From Oscillospiraceae bacterium (lineage in GTDB: Bacteria; Bacillota; Clostridia; Oscillospirales; Acutalibacteraceae), in contig JAQXHW010000014.1 of assembly GCA_029007475.1 (NCBI GenBank), positions 1-40,442 of the forward strand: a stretch of DNA of 40,442 nt. Reading direction: 5' to 3'. Position numbers and translations under genes: made by a program. Positions 17,613 through 27,828 of this stretch are shown here, in pieces (positions within the stretch are counted from its first letter, which is position 1; each line of letters starts with the position of its first letter). The notes beneath the pieces are model-generated. The model was not told the DNA's origin, did no database searches, and worked only from the letters and a program-made list of their open reading frames with translations.

Positions 17613-18109
17613 CAGTTATTTATAGCGTCAATGATTTTACCTACGGTTTTTTCAATTGTGCCGCCGGTAACGGATACGGTGACATCAGCGTATTTCTCGT
17701 AGAAGGGACGTCTGAAATCGTACACGTCCCGCAGGGATTCACCCTTCTTAAAAGTTATTCCACGGGTTGTAATGTTCTTAATCCTCTTTTTAAGCTGAGA
17801 GAAAGCAACGTCAATATAGATCACCCTGCCCAAGCTCTTTAGGTTTTCCATGGCCGAGGGATACAGCACCATGGAGCCTCCCGTTGCAACAACACAGTTT
17901 CGGGTATGCAGGCTTTCCCCTACTTCTCTTTCAACCTTTTCAAAGTAGGGAAGTCCCTTACTTTCAATTATACTTTGGAGCTTAGCCTTTTGAGAAGCAC
18001 AGATAATCAAATCCGTATCAATAAACTCCATGCCCAAGGTTTTGGCAAGAATTACCCCAACGGTGCTTTTGCCGCAGCCGGGCATACCTACTAAAATTAT
18101 ATTATCCAC
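17612..18109 (-). CDS. aroK: Shikimate kinase
   Basis: GMPGCGKSTVG P-loop, FIDTD, VVATGGS and R..FYEKYAD motifs. Confidence 0.92.
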   Translation of the reverse strand: MDNIILVGMPGCGKSTVGVILAKTLGMEFIDTDLIICASQKAKLQSIIESKGLPYFEKVEREVGESLHTRNCVVATGGSMVLYPSAMENLKSLGRVIYIDVAFSQLKKRIKNITTRGITFKKGESLRDVYDFRRPFYEKYADVTVSVTGGTIEKTVGKIIDAINN

Positions 18110-18113
18110 TTTC

Positions 18114-19406
18114 TCACCCTCCTGACTTTAGAATGGGCGTAAAGCTGGGCGCTATTACCATGTTAGAGTCTACGTTATGATAGTCAAGCTGCCACTCTTT
18201 GAACTCATATCTGTAATAGTCGTCATCGGGCTTGGTGGGATCTTCGGGAGGTACTGCATCGTGTCCGTAAGGCACGGTTTGAGTTGAGATAATATCACCC
18301 TTGTAGTCAAGGAAGCTGACAGTATAGCTCTTTTTGCCTGCGGCAGAAATTAACCATTCTGACCCCTTGAGGTTTCCGCTTCCATCGTACCAATCTATAT
18401 TGCCCTTTTCATACTCGGTCTTGAAGGTAGTGACCTCCGGGCGGCTGCCGTAGTGGTCGGTATAGTAAATATCAGGCCATACGGGATTTTCAGCCAGCTT
18501 TGCGCTTTTAACGTAGGGTATTACGGATTCGTTAGGTCTTATCTTTCGTGCCACAATTACAGTTCTAAAGTCGGTATACTCGTGTGAACAGGTAGAGAGA
18601 GTTAAAAGCCGGTCATTCTCATTAATAGGTACATTGATGTCAAAGAGAGAACGCACCTTGATATTATACACATAGTTCATAAACTGTGCGTCAGAGCTAA
18701 ACTCGCCCACGAGATAGTTAAAGAATTCGCCGTGATTTTCAATGGTGTTGGTCTTATATACGGAAACAATCATCCACTGCTCAACTCCGCCCTCGGGAGT
18801 GTTGAAAAATATTGTAGGATGCTCCTTAAAATACTCCAAATCGCCCTCATAAGCTCCGTATTTTATCAAATCACCATACATTGTGCCGCTGTTCATCTTG
18901 TGTCCGTGGGTAATTATGTTTTTGCTGTCAACACCCTGTTTGCTTCTGTAATCAATGAAAATGCTTCCGTCAAAAACGTAGCTGTGGTCATAGCTTCTGT
19001 GTAGGTAATACTGGGAGCCTACCGTGTCGCCCTCATGCTTCAAAACAGGATAGTTTACTCTTGTGCCGGGAATATCAATCCAGGCCTTAATCTCGTCATT
19101 AATAGCCAGGAATTCGTCCCAATCCTTAGTAAACTCATATACCTCGCCATTGGGCATTGTGGGGTTGGTAACATCCTCCGGCTCCACTGTAGAAGGAGTT
19201 GGTTTCTCGTCCTTTGTCGCCTGGTCGGGCGTCGCAACAGAGGTATCAATACCGCACCTCTGCACAAGGAATACAGCCGCAACAACTGCCACTACGGCTA
19301 AGGCTACGGTGAGGATAGCGATTATTACGGCATTTACGGTCTTTTTATTATTGTCGGGCTTTTTATTACTGTCATCAAAGGGAACGTTATCTTTCATTTC
19401 TTCCAT
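18114..19406 (-). CDS. Class B sortase with C-terminal InlB B-repeat-like domain
   Basis: N-terminal TM helix; WIDIPGT.VNYPV, GSIFIDY, THGHKM, TLSTC and FRTVIVAR motifs; paralog of 755-2890. Confidence 0.88.
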   Translation of the reverse strand: MEEMKDNVPFDDSNKKPDNNKKTVNAVIIAILTVALAVVAVVAAVFLVQRCGIDTSVATPDQATKDEKPTPSTVEPEDVTNPTMPNGEVYEFTKDWDEFLAINDEIKAWIDIPGTRVNYPVLKHEGDTVGSQYYLHRSYDHSYVFDGSIFIDYRSKQGVDSKNIITHGHKMNSGTMYGDLIKYGAYEGDLEYFKEHPTIFFNTPEGGVEQWMIVSVYKTNTIENHGEFFNYLVGEFSSDAQFMNYVYNIKVRSLFDINVPINENDRLLTLSTCSHEYTDFRTVIVARKIRPNESVIPYVKSAKLAENPVWPDIYYTDHYGSRPEVTTFKTEYEKGNIDWYDGSGNLKGSEWLISAAGKKSYTVSFLDYKGDIISTQTVPYGHDAVPPEDPTKPDDDYYRYEFKEWQLDYHNVDSNMVIAPSFTPILKSGG

Positions 19407-19536
19407 AATTACACCTCACTCAAGCGGTTACACTAAAACCCGAATAAAAGCTTTATAAGATTAATTTAGATTTTAGTATTTCATCTCATTTTATCACAAT
19501 AAGACACACTTGTAAACACACTTCACAAAAACAACA

Positions 19537-19574
19537 AAAAGGGAGACAGCCTCATAGAAGCTATCTCCTCTTTT
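19537..19574 (-). terminator. Probable terminator of pgk-tpiA-gpmI
   Basis: Imperfect stem AAAAGGGAGACAGC / GCTATCTCCTCTTTT just past the gpmI stop. Confidence 0.6.
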
Positions 19575-19590
19575 AACCCGAATATGAAAA

Positions 19591-21102
19591 TTAAAGGATA
19601 ATTGACTTGCCTGTCATTTCCTCAGGCTGTTCAATATTTAATATTTTCAGCATTGTGGGGGCAATATCAGCAAGGACGCCGCCCTCTCTCAGCTTGCAGG
19701 GATAGCCTGCAACGCAGAATTTAACAGGGTTGGTGGTATGAGCGGTAAAGGGTGAGCCGTCTGCGTCAATCATTTTGTCGGCGTTGCCGTGGTCAGCGGT
19801 AATAAGAGTTACGCCGCCCATTTTCTCAATAGAAGCCGCAACCTTACCCACGCAGGTATCAACTGCTTCCACAGCAGAAACTGCTGCTTCGAACACACCT
19901 GTGTGGCCTACCATATCGCAGTTAGCAAAGTTTAAGATAATAACGTCGTATTTGCCGCTCTCGATAGCTTCACAGCACTTGTCGCAAACCTCATAAGCGC
20001 TCATCTCAGGCTGCAGGTCATAGGTTGCGACCTTGGGAGAAGCAACAAGAATTCTGTCCTCGCCCTCGTACTGCTTCTCAACTCCGCCGTTAAAGAAGAA
20101 GGTTACGTGAGCATACTTCTCGGTTTCGGCAATTCTAAGCTGAGTTAAGCCCTTATTGGAGATATACTCGCCGAAAGTGTTTACAAGGCTCTGGGGCTTG
20201 AATGCAACCTGCACATTAGGCATGGTAGCGTCATACTGAGTCATGCAAACATAATAGAGGGGAAAGAAGCCGTTTTTACGCTCAAAGCCGTCAAAGGTCT
20301 CGTCGACTAAGGTGCGGGTAATCTCTCTTGCTCTGTCGGGGCGGAAGTTAAAGAATACTACGCTGTCGTTAGGGGAAATTGCCTCGCCGCCCTCAATAAC
20401 TGCAGGAACAACAAATTCATCGGTAACGCCCTCGTTATAGGAGTTCTCAACTGCCTTAACAGCACAGCAGCACTCTACACCCTCACGGAGTACCATGGCA
20501 TTGTAAGCCTTTACTACTCTCTCCCAGCGGTTATCTCTATCCATTGCATAGTATCTGCCCATTACTGTGGCGATTTTTCCAACGCCGATTTCCTCGAGCT
20601 TCTCAGCACAGGCAGCAACGAAATCCTTACCGCTTGAGGGAGGCACATCTCTGCCGTCGAGGAATGCGTGAACATAAACCTTCTCAAGACCCATCTTTTT
20701 AGCAAGCTCTACGATTGCGTAAAGATGAGTATTGTGGCTGTGAACACCGCCGTCGGAAAGAAGACCCATAAGATGAAGCGCAGAATTGTTTTTGAGAGCA
20801 TTTTCGATAGCTCCGCAGAGAGCCTCGTTCTCAAAGAAATCTCCGTCAGCAATAGACTTTGTAATTCGGGTCAGCTCCTGGTAAACAATACGGCCTGCGC
20901 CGATATTGGTGTGGCCTACCTCAGAGTTACCCATCTGACCCTCAGGCAGACCTACGTCCATACCTGAAGCACCGATAGCGGTGGTGGGATTCTCAGCAAA
21001 AATTCTATCAAGGTTGGGAGTCTTGGCGGCATAAATTGCGTTGCCCTCTTTTTCGGCAATACCGAAGCCGTCAAGGATACATAAAATCAGAGGTTTTTTC
21101 AT
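19591..21102 (-). CDS. gpmI: 2,3-bisphosphoglycerate-independent phosphoglycerate mutase
   Basis: [35 protein letters not shown] and TADHGNAD motifs. Confidence 0.97.
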   Translation of the reverse strand: MKKPLILCILDGFGIAEKEGNAIYAAKTPNLDRIFAENPTTAIGASGMDVGLPEGQMGNSEVGHTNIGAGRIVYQELTRITKSIADGDFFENEALCGAIENALKNNSALHLMGLLSDGGVHSHNTHLYAIVELAKKMGLEKVYVHAFLDGRDVPPSSGKDFVAACAEKLEEIGVGKIATVMGRYYAMDRDNRWERVVKAYNAMVLREGVECCCAVKAVENSYNEGVTDEFVVPAVIEGGEAISPNDSVVFFNFRPDRAREITRTLVDETFDGFERKNGFFPLYYVCMTQYDATMPNVQVAFKPQSLVNTFGEYISNKGLTQLRIAETEKYAHVTFFFNGGVEKQYEGEDRILVASPKVATYDLQPEMSAYEVCDKCCEAIESGKYDVIILNFANCDMVGHTGVFEAAVSAVEAVDTCVGKVAASIEKMGGVTLITADHGNADKMIDADGSPFTAHTTNPVKFCVAGYPCKLREGGVLADIAPTMLKILNIEQPEEMTGKSIIL

Positions 21103-21135
21103 ATTTTTATCTCCAATTAACACTTAATTTTCCGA

Positions 21136-21903
21136 TTATTTAGAAGCTGCTTCTACAATTCTTGCAAACTTCTCTGCAACGAGAGATGCGCCGCCGATAA
21201 GACCGCCGTCAACGTTTACCTTGGAGAGAAGCTCCTCGGCGTTGCCGTCGTTCATAGAGCCGCCGTACTGAATTGTGGTAGCCTCAGCAATTTCTGCGCC
21301 GTAAAGGTCAGCAATAACGTTTCTAATGATGCCGCAAACCTCGTCAGCCTGGTCAGCAGTAGCAGTAAGACCTGTGCCGATAGCCCAAACAGGCTCATAA
21401 GCGATAATGATTTTGCTCATGTCCTCCTTGGAAACATCCTTAAGAGCAATCTTAGTCTGCATAGCGCAAACCTCTGCGGTAACGCCCTGCTCTCTCTGCT
21501 CAAGATACTCGCCTACGCAGAGGATAACTGTAAGACCCTCTGAAAGAGCTGCCTTAACTCTCTTGTTAACGGTTACGTCTGTCTCACCGAAGTACTGTCT
21601 TCTCTCGGAGTGACCGATGATAACGTACTCAAGTCCCATAGCTTTAAGCATGGGAGCAGAAACCTCAGCAGTATAAGCACCGCTCTTTTCCCAGTGGCAG
21701 TTTTCTGCGCCGATTTTGATATTTGTGCCCTTAGTAGCGTCAAGTGCTGCCTGTAAATCAACGTAAGGTACGCAAGCGATAACGTCGCAGTCTGCGTCCT
21801 TAACGAGAGGAATCATAGCGGTGAGAAGCTCAGTAGCCTCAGCGGGAGTCTTGTTCATTTTCCAGTTACCGGCGATAACTGTCTTTCTTGTAGCTTTGTT
21901 CAT
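21136..21903 (-). CDS. tpiA: Triosephosphate isomerase
   Basis: AGNWKMN, GHSERR, AYEPVWAIGTG and YGGS motifs; start MNKATRK after an AAAGGA RBS. Confidence 0.97.
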   Translation of the reverse strand: MNKATRKTVIAGNWKMNKTPAEATELLTAMIPLVKDADCDVIACVPYVDLQAALDATKGTNIKIGAENCHWEKSGAYTAEVSAPMLKAMGLEYVIIGHSERRQYFGETDVTVNKRVKAALSEGLTVILCVGEYLEQREQGVTAEVCAMQTKIALKDVSKEDMSKIIIAYEPVWAIGTGLTATADQADEVCGIIRNVIADLYGAEIAEATTIQYGGSMNDGNAEELLSKVNVDGGLIGGASLVAEKFARIVEAASK

Positions 21904-22002
21904 TGTGTTTCGTCCTTTCAATATATAGTAATTAGGGGTCGTACCGTCTAACATAGCTTCGGGGCGGATTACTCCGCCCCTATTAATGTTTCAAGGTTCT
22001 AA

Positions 22003-23211
22003 TTATTTATCAGCGATAACTGCAACTCCGGGGAGAACCTTACCCTCGAGATACTCAAGAGAAGCGCCGCCGCCGGTAGAAATGTGGCTCATGGAATCAG
22101 CAAAGCCCAGGTTAATAACTGCTGCTGCGGAGTCGCCGCCGCCGATAATAGTTGTAGCGTCGGTTTCTGCAAGAGCCTTAGCAACTGCGATAGTACCGCC
22201 TGCAAGACAGGGATTCTCGAATACGCCCATAGGACCGTTCCAAACAACAGTCTTAGCAGACTTTACAGCCTCAGCAAACATCTCAGCAGTCTTGGGACCG
22301 ATATCAAGACCCATGAGGTTCTCGGGAATTGCATTTGTATCAGCAACAGAGGTCTCAATCTCTGCGTCAATGGGGTCGGGGAACTCAGCTGCAACCTTGG
22401 TATCAACGGGAAGCATGAGCTTCTTGCCGAGCTTTTCAGCCTTCTCTATCATTTCCTTGCAGTAGTCGAGCTTAGTATCGTCAACGAGAGAGGTACCTAC
22501 TGTGCCGCCCTGTGCCTTAACAAAGGTGTAAGCCATACCGCCGCCGATGATGAGGGTATCGCACTTGTCGAGAAGGTTAGAGATAACGTTGAGCTTATCG
22601 GCAACCTTAGCGCCGCCGAGGATTGCAACGAAGGGTCTGACGGGATTCTCAACTGCGTTGCCGAGGAAAGCGATTTCCTTCTGCATAAGGTAGCCGACTG
22701 CAGTCTCTTTGATGTGGTCGGTAACACCTGCGGTTGAGCAGTGTGCGCGGTGAGCGCTGCCGAAAGCGTCCATTACGAATACATCTGCTAAAGAAGCAAG
22801 CTCGGATGAGAAAGGCTCAAGGTTCTTGGTCTCCTCTTTTCTGAAGCGGGTGTTCTGGAGAAGTACAACGTCGCCGTCATTCATCTCGGCAACAGCCTTC
22901 TTAGCGTTCTCGCCTACAACCTCGTCGTCATCAGCGAAAACAACATCCTTACCGAGAAGCTCGGAAAGACGAACAGCTACGGGAGCAAGAGAGAACTTCT
23001 CCTCGGGACCGTTCTTGGGCTTGCCTAAGTGAGAACAAAGGATAACCTTTGCGCCGCCTTCGATAAGCTTCTTAATTGTGGGAAGAGCAGCGGTGATACG
23101 GTTGTCGTTGGTGATAACACCCTCTTTGAGAGGAACGTTAAAGTCGCAACGGCAAAGCACTCTTTTGCCCTGTACGTTAAGATCGTCGACACTTACTTTG
23201 TTAAGATTCAT
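22003..23211 (-). CDS. pgk: Phosphoglycerate kinase
   Basis: [30 protein letters not shown] and [11 protein letters not shown] motifs. Confidence 0.98.
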   Translation of the reverse strand: MNLNKVSVDDLNVQGKRVLCRCDFNVPLKEGVITNDNRITAALPTIKKLIEGGAKVILCSHLGKPKNGPEEKFSLAPVAVRLSELLGKDVVFADDDEVVGENAKKAVAEMNDGDVVLLQNTRFRKEETKNLEPFSSELASLADVFVMDAFGSAHRAHCSTAGVTDHIKETAVGYLMQKEIAFLGNAVENPVRPFVAILGGAKVADKLNVISNLLDKCDTLIIGGGMAYTFVKAQGGTVGTSLVDDTKLDYCKEMIEKAEKLGKKLMLPVDTKVAAEFPDPIDAEIETSVADTNAIPENLMGLDIGPKTAEMFAEAVKSAKTVVWNGPMGVFENPCLAGGTIAVAKALAETDATTIIGGGDSAAAVINLGFADSMSHISTGGGASLEYLEGKVLPGVAVIADK

Positions 23212-23278
23212 AAGTATTACCCTTTCATATAAAAAATTCTAAAAATTAGTTCCTGAAAAACCAAAATTGACCAAGTAC

Positions 23279-23307
23279 ATTATATATCAAAAATCCCTGT
23301 TTTGCAA
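23279..23307 (-). promoter_or_regulatory. Sigma-A promoter of the pgk operon
   Basis: TTGCAA-17 bp-TATAAT on the minus strand, overlapping a terminator-like inverted repeat. Confidence 0.7.
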
Positions 23308-23393
23308 GCATTAACAAGGGATTTTCCGAAATTTACAGTATTAATATTCAAAAGCGTGAAAATAATATTAAAAATGAAGTATTACACATAAAT

Positions 23394-23900
23394 TTAAGCA
23401 TCTTCCCAGCTGTGACGGTGAAGCTCGCCTTTCGCCAAAAGCTCGGGGTAGTCCCACTGTCTGAGGGTTTCGTAGACGGCAACGGCAACGGAGTTTGAGA
23501 GGTTTAGACTTCTCGCCTGAGATATCATGGGAATTCTGACGCAGTGTTCCTTATTTTTCATAAGCAGCCATTCGGGAAGTCCTCTTGTTTCTTTTCCGAA
23601 AACAAGGTAGGCTTTGTCCGGGTAGCTCACCTCCGAATGAGTTTTTTGAGCTTTTGTTGAAAAATAAAAAAACTCTCCATCCTTATTCTTCTCAAAAAAA
23701 TCCTCTAAATTATCATAATATGTAATATCCAAAAGATACCAATAATCAAGCCCTGCGCGCTTCAGCTTTTTGTCGTCAACCTCAAAGCCCATGGGACGCA
23801 CAAGATGAAGTCTTGCTCCCGTTGCGGCACAGGTACGCGCAATGTTTCCTGTGTTCTGGGGAATTTCCGGCTCAACCAAAACTATATTTAACTCTGCCAA
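23394..23900 (-). CDS. trmL: tRNA (cytidine/uridine-34 2'-O)-methyltransferase TrmL
   Basis: PEIPQNTGNIARTC, RAGLDYW, FGKETRGLP and RSLNLSNS motifs. Confidence 0.95.
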   Translation of the reverse strand: MAELNIVLVEPEIPQNTGNIARTCAATGARLHLVRPMGFEVDDKKLKRAGLDYWYLLDITYYDNLEDFFEKNKDGEFFYFSTKAQKTHSEVSYPDKAYLVFGKETRGLPEWLLMKNKEHCVRIPMISQARSLNLSNSVAVAVYETLRQWDYPELLAKGELHRHSWEDA

Positions 23901-23988
23901 AACTTATCACCTCTAAGCTATTTTAATCGGAACACAATAATAAAGCAAGAGAAACTTGCAAAAACTAAAACGAAACAGGAGGTTAAAA

Positions 23989-24186
23989 ATGAGCAGCGCA
24001 GCAATGAAAGCAGTAAAAGGCATGGCAATAGGCGCGGCGGTAGGAGTCGCCGCAGGAGTCGTAGGCTCAAAGCTTATGAATTCAAAGAGCATGTCCAAAG
24101 GCAAACGTATGATAAAGAAAAAAGCAACAAAGGCTCTGGACACCATGGGAAACATGATTGACACGGCTTCTTATATGTTTAAGTAA
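23989..24186 (+). CDS. Small basic membrane-associated hypothetical protein (65 aa)
   Basis: AGGAGG RBS; glycine-zipper-like helix GMAIGAAVGVAAGVVG followed by a Lys-rich tail. Confidence 0.75.
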   Translation: MSSAAMKAVKGMAIGAAVGVAAGVVGSKLMNSKSMSKGKRMIKKKATKALDTMGNMIDTASYMFK

Positions 24187-24211
24187 CCGGCGATAAAACC
24201 CTCAAATAAAC

Positions 24212-24252
24212 AAAAACCCTGCCGCATCACATTCGCGACAGGGTGGTTTTTT
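24212..24252. terminator. Probable bidirectional terminator
   Basis: AAAAACCCTGCCGC...GCGACAGGGT followed by a T-run, between convergent genes. Confidence 0.55.
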
Positions 24253-24253
24253 A

Positions 24254-25732
24254 TTAAAGTGAACGGTCTACTTCTGTGGGGGTCATGAAAAGTAAGGGGT
24301 CAATGGGAGTGCCGTTTTCCCAAATCTCAAAGTGGAGATGGTTGCCGGTTGAGAAGCCTGTTGAACCAACACCTGCGAGAACTGTACCCTTAGATACCTT
24401 GTCGCCTACGGATACATAGAGGAATGCACAGTGAGCGTACATTGTGCTGTATCCGTTGCCGTGGTCAATTATAACCTGATTGCCGTAGCCTGAGCCGTTG
24501 TCGCCTGCAGCCACAACAGTTCCTGCATCGGAAGCAACTATATCTGCGCCGTAAATACCGCTTCCTGCAATATCAATTCCTGAATGGAAGCTGCCCCAAC
24601 GGTTTTCAAAGAGGGTTGTGCAGAGACCTGTGGAGGGTACGGGCCAAATAAAGTCTCCTGTGCCTATATAGCTCTCCTGAGTTCCTACAACCTCAACTTG
24701 ATTAACCGGTTCCTTGGAAACAGTTACGGACTGGGTCACGGTATCTGTATGAGCTCCGTCGACATAAACCAAGCGGTAGAGGGTCTGCTGGGTGCCGTTT
24801 TCACCCGCAACCTTAACCTGAGAATAGTTATTTAGCTTTGAATCGTCGTACTCGTAGATAGTTTCGAAAGGAATCTCGCTGTCAACGATTAGGTCGGTCT
24901 CTATGCGGATTGAGAAGCTGTGCTTTGCTTCATTCATGATATCCTCTACGGACTTGAGCTGATCAGCTAAATAAACATCGGTTACAACCTGAACATCGTT
25001 ATTAAAGCTTGCAACGGTGGTTTCGTCATACTTAGCCTTTGCCTCGTCCAAAACAGCCATAAGAGCAAGGCTCAGAGCCTCGCTGTCCTCGGTTGCGCCG
25101 TAAAACTCGCCGTCAACGTAAAGTCCGCTTACATTTGAAACAACTGCGTCGGAATTCTCAATTAACTTTTCATAAACCTGCTGTGCTGAGGCGTCATTTG
25201 TGCCGCCCAGGGTAGGATAACCAATCTGCAAAACGGGAGTAGCGCATTTACTGTCCTTTGTTCCTGTAAGAGCTGAGTGGAAGTTGGCGCTTGCCTCGGT
25301 GAGAACTGCTTCGCTCTCGATAGTGCCGATATACTCACCGTCAAGAGAAACCGTAAGAGGTTTTTCGCTGCAGGTCCAGAAGCAAACGGTAAGCACCAGG
25401 ATAACTGCGGCGCAAACAGGAGCTAAAGCGGTTGCGATACCCTTAGGAGTTCTCATAAACTCAAAGTATGAGCCTTTAATATGGAAGTTTCTCATACCCT
25501 TAAAGAGCTTCTTAAAGGTAAGGGTTTTCCAAGTAATATCCTTCCATTTCTTGCCGATAACACGAAGGTCTTTTTTTATCTCCTTTACAAGGCGCTTCAC
25601 AAAACGAAGGGTCTTTTTATAGGCAGAAAGCTTCTTATCAGATTTTCTCGCAGATGATTTTTTAGTTTTGTCGTTTGTACTGAGGCTGTCGAACTTGCCG
25701 TAGCCGTCAACACCAATAAACTTAGTATCCAA
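24254..25732 (-). CDS. Membrane-anchored M23 peptidoglycan endopeptidase with G5 domain
   Basis: HSGID, YAH and STGNHLHFE zinc motifs; G5-like IPFETIYEYD...GENG...EPVNQV..VGT; TM helix; TTG start after AAGGAG. Confidence 0.88.
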   Translation of the reverse strand: MDTKFIGVDGYGKFDSLSTNDKTKKSSARKSDKKLSAYKKTLRFVKRLVKEIKKDLRVIGKKWKDITWKTLTFKKLFKGMRNFHIKGSYFEFMRTPKGIATALAPVCAAVILVLTVCFWTCSEKPLTVSLDGEYIGTIESEAVLTEASANFHSALTGTKDSKCATPVLQIGYPTLGGTNDASAQQVYEKLIENSDAVVSNVSGLYVDGEFYGATEDSEALSLALMAVLDEAKAKYDETTVASFNNDVQVVTDVYLADQLKSVEDIMNEAKHSFSIRIETDLIVDSEIPFETIYEYDDSKLNNYSQVKVAGENGTQQTLYRLVYVDGAHTDTVTQSVTVSKEPVNQVEVVGTQESYIGTGDFIWPVPSTGLCTTLFENRWGSFHSGIDIAGSGIYGADIVASDAGTVVAAGDNGSGYGNQVIIDHGNGYSTMYAHCAFLYVSVGDKVSKGTVLAGVGSTGFSTGNHLHFEIWENGTPIDPLLFMTPTEVDRSL

Positions 25733-25927
25733 AAAAATTCTCCTTGATTTTTGATTTCTTAATTTCTCAGGACAATGATTACAAATTGAAATCATTAGTT
25801 ACAAAAGTGTAACAACAGTAGTAATTATACCGAGATTTTTTCTTTTTTACAAGAAAAGTTACAACATTTTGTATATCTTGCTATAATTAATCAACTTATC
25901 AAGGAGTTTATAGTTATTTTGACGAAA

Positions 25928-26383
25928 TTATTTATACTGTAAGTTATATATCGTCCAATTTTTCAACACATTGTAATATTTACGCATTTCAGCCTTTGCC
26001 CCCTCAAGGTCATGCTCAAGATAGTTTCCGCACTCCTCCTGTTTTGAGCCGGGAATTTCACCCTCAAAAGCTATTGCCTGCTCCAAGGTTTTCATAATAA
26101 GAGTGATTGTGTCCCTGTTGGAAAGGTCGCGTACAAGAAGATAAAAGCCTGTACGGCAACCCATAGGTCCGAAGTATATTACGTTATGAGCAAACTCGCT
26201 GTTTCTTGCAAAGGTTGCGAAAAGATGCTCAATTGTGTGCAGAGCCTTTTGCTCCAAAAAGGGCGGGGTGTTGGGCTTTATGAAACGAAGGTCATAGGTT
26301 GTGATATCTCCGTCAATTCGGGATACATAAAGTCCTGCCTCTAAGGTATTGTGGTCAACTGAAAAGCTTGTAATTCTCTCCAT
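25928..26383 (-). CDS. luxS: S-ribosylhomocysteine lyase
   Basis: SFSVDH, HTIEHL, GPMGCRTGFY and CGNY..H motifs. Confidence 0.96.
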   Translation of the reverse strand: MERITSFSVDHNTLEAGLYVSRIDGDITTYDLRFIKPNTPPFLEQKALHTIEHLFATFARNSEFAHNVIYFGPMGCRTGFYLLVRDLSNRDTITLIMKTLEQAIAFEGEIPGSKQEECGNYLEHDLEGAKAEMRKYYNVLKNWTIYNLQYK

Positions 26384-26402
26384 TTTCTGTCCTCTTTCCA
26401 TA

Positions 26403-27422
26403 TTATTTGTAATTTTTGAAACAAATATTTATATCAACATCCCCCGAAATACCGGGTACATCTCCCTCGGTGCTGTACTGCCACATTGTATAGTTATAGT
26501 ACATACCGGGTTTATCGTAGTAGCTTGCGTACCAAAGGTCTACGTCGGCCAGCTCCGTGAGATTATACTTATAGTATGCAAGGGTCTTGTTGGTGTAAAT
26601 CATAGGGTTATAGCCCTTTTCTATTATTTTGTCACAGAAAGCTCTTGCACACCTTGTAAGCGTTTCGGCGGTAACATTATCCGTACGCAGACCCTCAAAG
26701 CCCAAAAGCTCCCAGTCGAAAGCAATCGGCAGATGCAGGCTCTCGCCGCCCAAAATACTCAGAGCATACTCGGCTTCCTCGACTGCTTCCTCCTCGCTTA
26801 TTGCCTGGGAAAAGAAGTAAGCGCCTACGAAAAGTCCTGCACTTTTAGCTCCTCTGATATTATCAAGAGCACTCTCGTCGCTGTATAGGACGCCTTCTTC
26901 GCCGTAACCACGGCCGCCTAAGCGCACCATGGCAAAATCCACTCCTGCGGCTTTGACTTTACTCCAGTCTATTTCACCGTTTAGAGCCGAAACGTCAACT
27001 CCGACATAGGAGCAAAGCTCGCCGTCAACATAGTATCGCTTGAAGCCGTCCTCGCCTGTTACAATATTATCCTCCTCATAAAGCTCCTTCATAACCCCGG
27101 GATAAGCAGGAATTCTGCCCTCGGAAAGTCCGAAGTCGAAAACCTCAACCATATCCCCTTTTTCGGTTAATGCGCCCTTGTAGTCCTTACCGTAAACCGC
27201 CATGTGCTTATTTTCCAGAATTTTTAGCTCCGCAGCAGTATTACCCAAGGTCACAGACAGGATAATTATAGTAACCAAAGAGAGTGCCAAGGCGGAAATC
27301 AGAGCCACCTTAAACACAGGAAAATCTTTTTTTCTTCTCCTGCTTTCACGTTTTTTGATATTATTGTTTTCATTAGTATTTCTATTGCTTTCATCAAAAC
27401 TCCAAAAATCCTTTTCTTCCAC
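26403..27422 (-). CDS. Membrane-anchored GH25 muramidase
   Basis: GVDVS, IDWSKVK..GVDFAMVR, GAYFFS, AFDWE and WQYS..G.V.GI.G.VD motifs; N-terminal TM helix. Confidence 0.9.
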   Translation of the reverse strand: MEEKDFWSFDESNRNTNENNNIKKRESRRRKKDFPVFKVALISALALSLVTIIILSVTLGNTAAELKILENKHMAVYGKDYKGALTEKGDMVEVFDFGLSEGRIPAYPGVMKELYEEDNIVTGEDGFKRYYVDGELCSYVGVDVSALNGEIDWSKVKAAGVDFAMVRLGGRGYGEEGVLYSDESALDNIRGAKSAGLFVGAYFFSQAISEEEAVEEAEYALSILGGESLHLPIAFDWELLGFEGLRTDNVTAETLTRCARAFCDKIIEKGYNPMIYTNKTLAYYKYNLTELADVDLWYASYYDKPGMYYNYTMWQYSTEGDVPGISGDVDINICFKNYK

Positions 27423-27500
27423 TATATCACTTCCAATGCTGAAACTTTGTACTTTTATAGGATATCACAAAATTCGACAGGTGTAAATAAAATCTGACAC

Positions 27501-27536
27501 TTGAAATCTCAAATTAAATTATGTATAATACATAAT
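27501..27536 (+). promoter_or_regulatory. Sigma-A promoter overlapped by a palindromic operator candidate
   Basis: TTGAAA-17 bp-TATAAT; ATTATGTAT-A-ATACATAAT palindrome at 27518-27536. Confidence 0.65.
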
Positions 27537-27573
27537 ACCATGAATGTATAATGGGAAAGGAGGGGCTTTTTCT

Positions 27574-27813
27574 ATGACGCGCGGATACAAAAAGAAAACA
27601 AAAACAGAGCTTTTAGCCGCCATTGACGCTTGTAAATCCATAAGCCAGCTTTTCGCCATAGTTCAGCACGAGGAAATTAAGCTCCAAATGCAGAGCTTCT
27701 CAAGTGCCTCTAACCTTCCTTTGAATCCCCCTGCTCCCCCGAGACCCGAGGAAATAGACTCACCCCTCAACAGACTCAAATCCGCAGTTAAGGCTGCCGT
27801 TGAAAACAGATAA
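27574..27813 (+). CDS. Hypothetical protein (79 aa)
   Basis: AAGGAGG RBS before ATG 27574; own promoter and terminator. Confidence 0.75.
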   Translation: MTRGYKKKTKTELLAAIDACKSISQLFAIVQHEEIKLQMQSFSSASNLPLNPPAPPRPEEIDSPLNRLKSAVKAAVENR

Positions 27814-27828
27814 TCCTATAAATATATC

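Noticed and set aside
17534-17842. 102-aa plus-strand ORF
   Set aside because: It runs through the terminator hairpin and antisense to aroK, with no RBS.
23989-24186. Bacteriocin or type I toxin
   Set aside because: No double-glycine leader, immunity gene, transporter or evident antisense RNA; kept as hypothetical.
24254-27422. GH25 and M23 genes as a prophage lysis module
   Set aside because: Both have N-terminal membrane anchors, and there are no holin, structural or integrase genes nearby.
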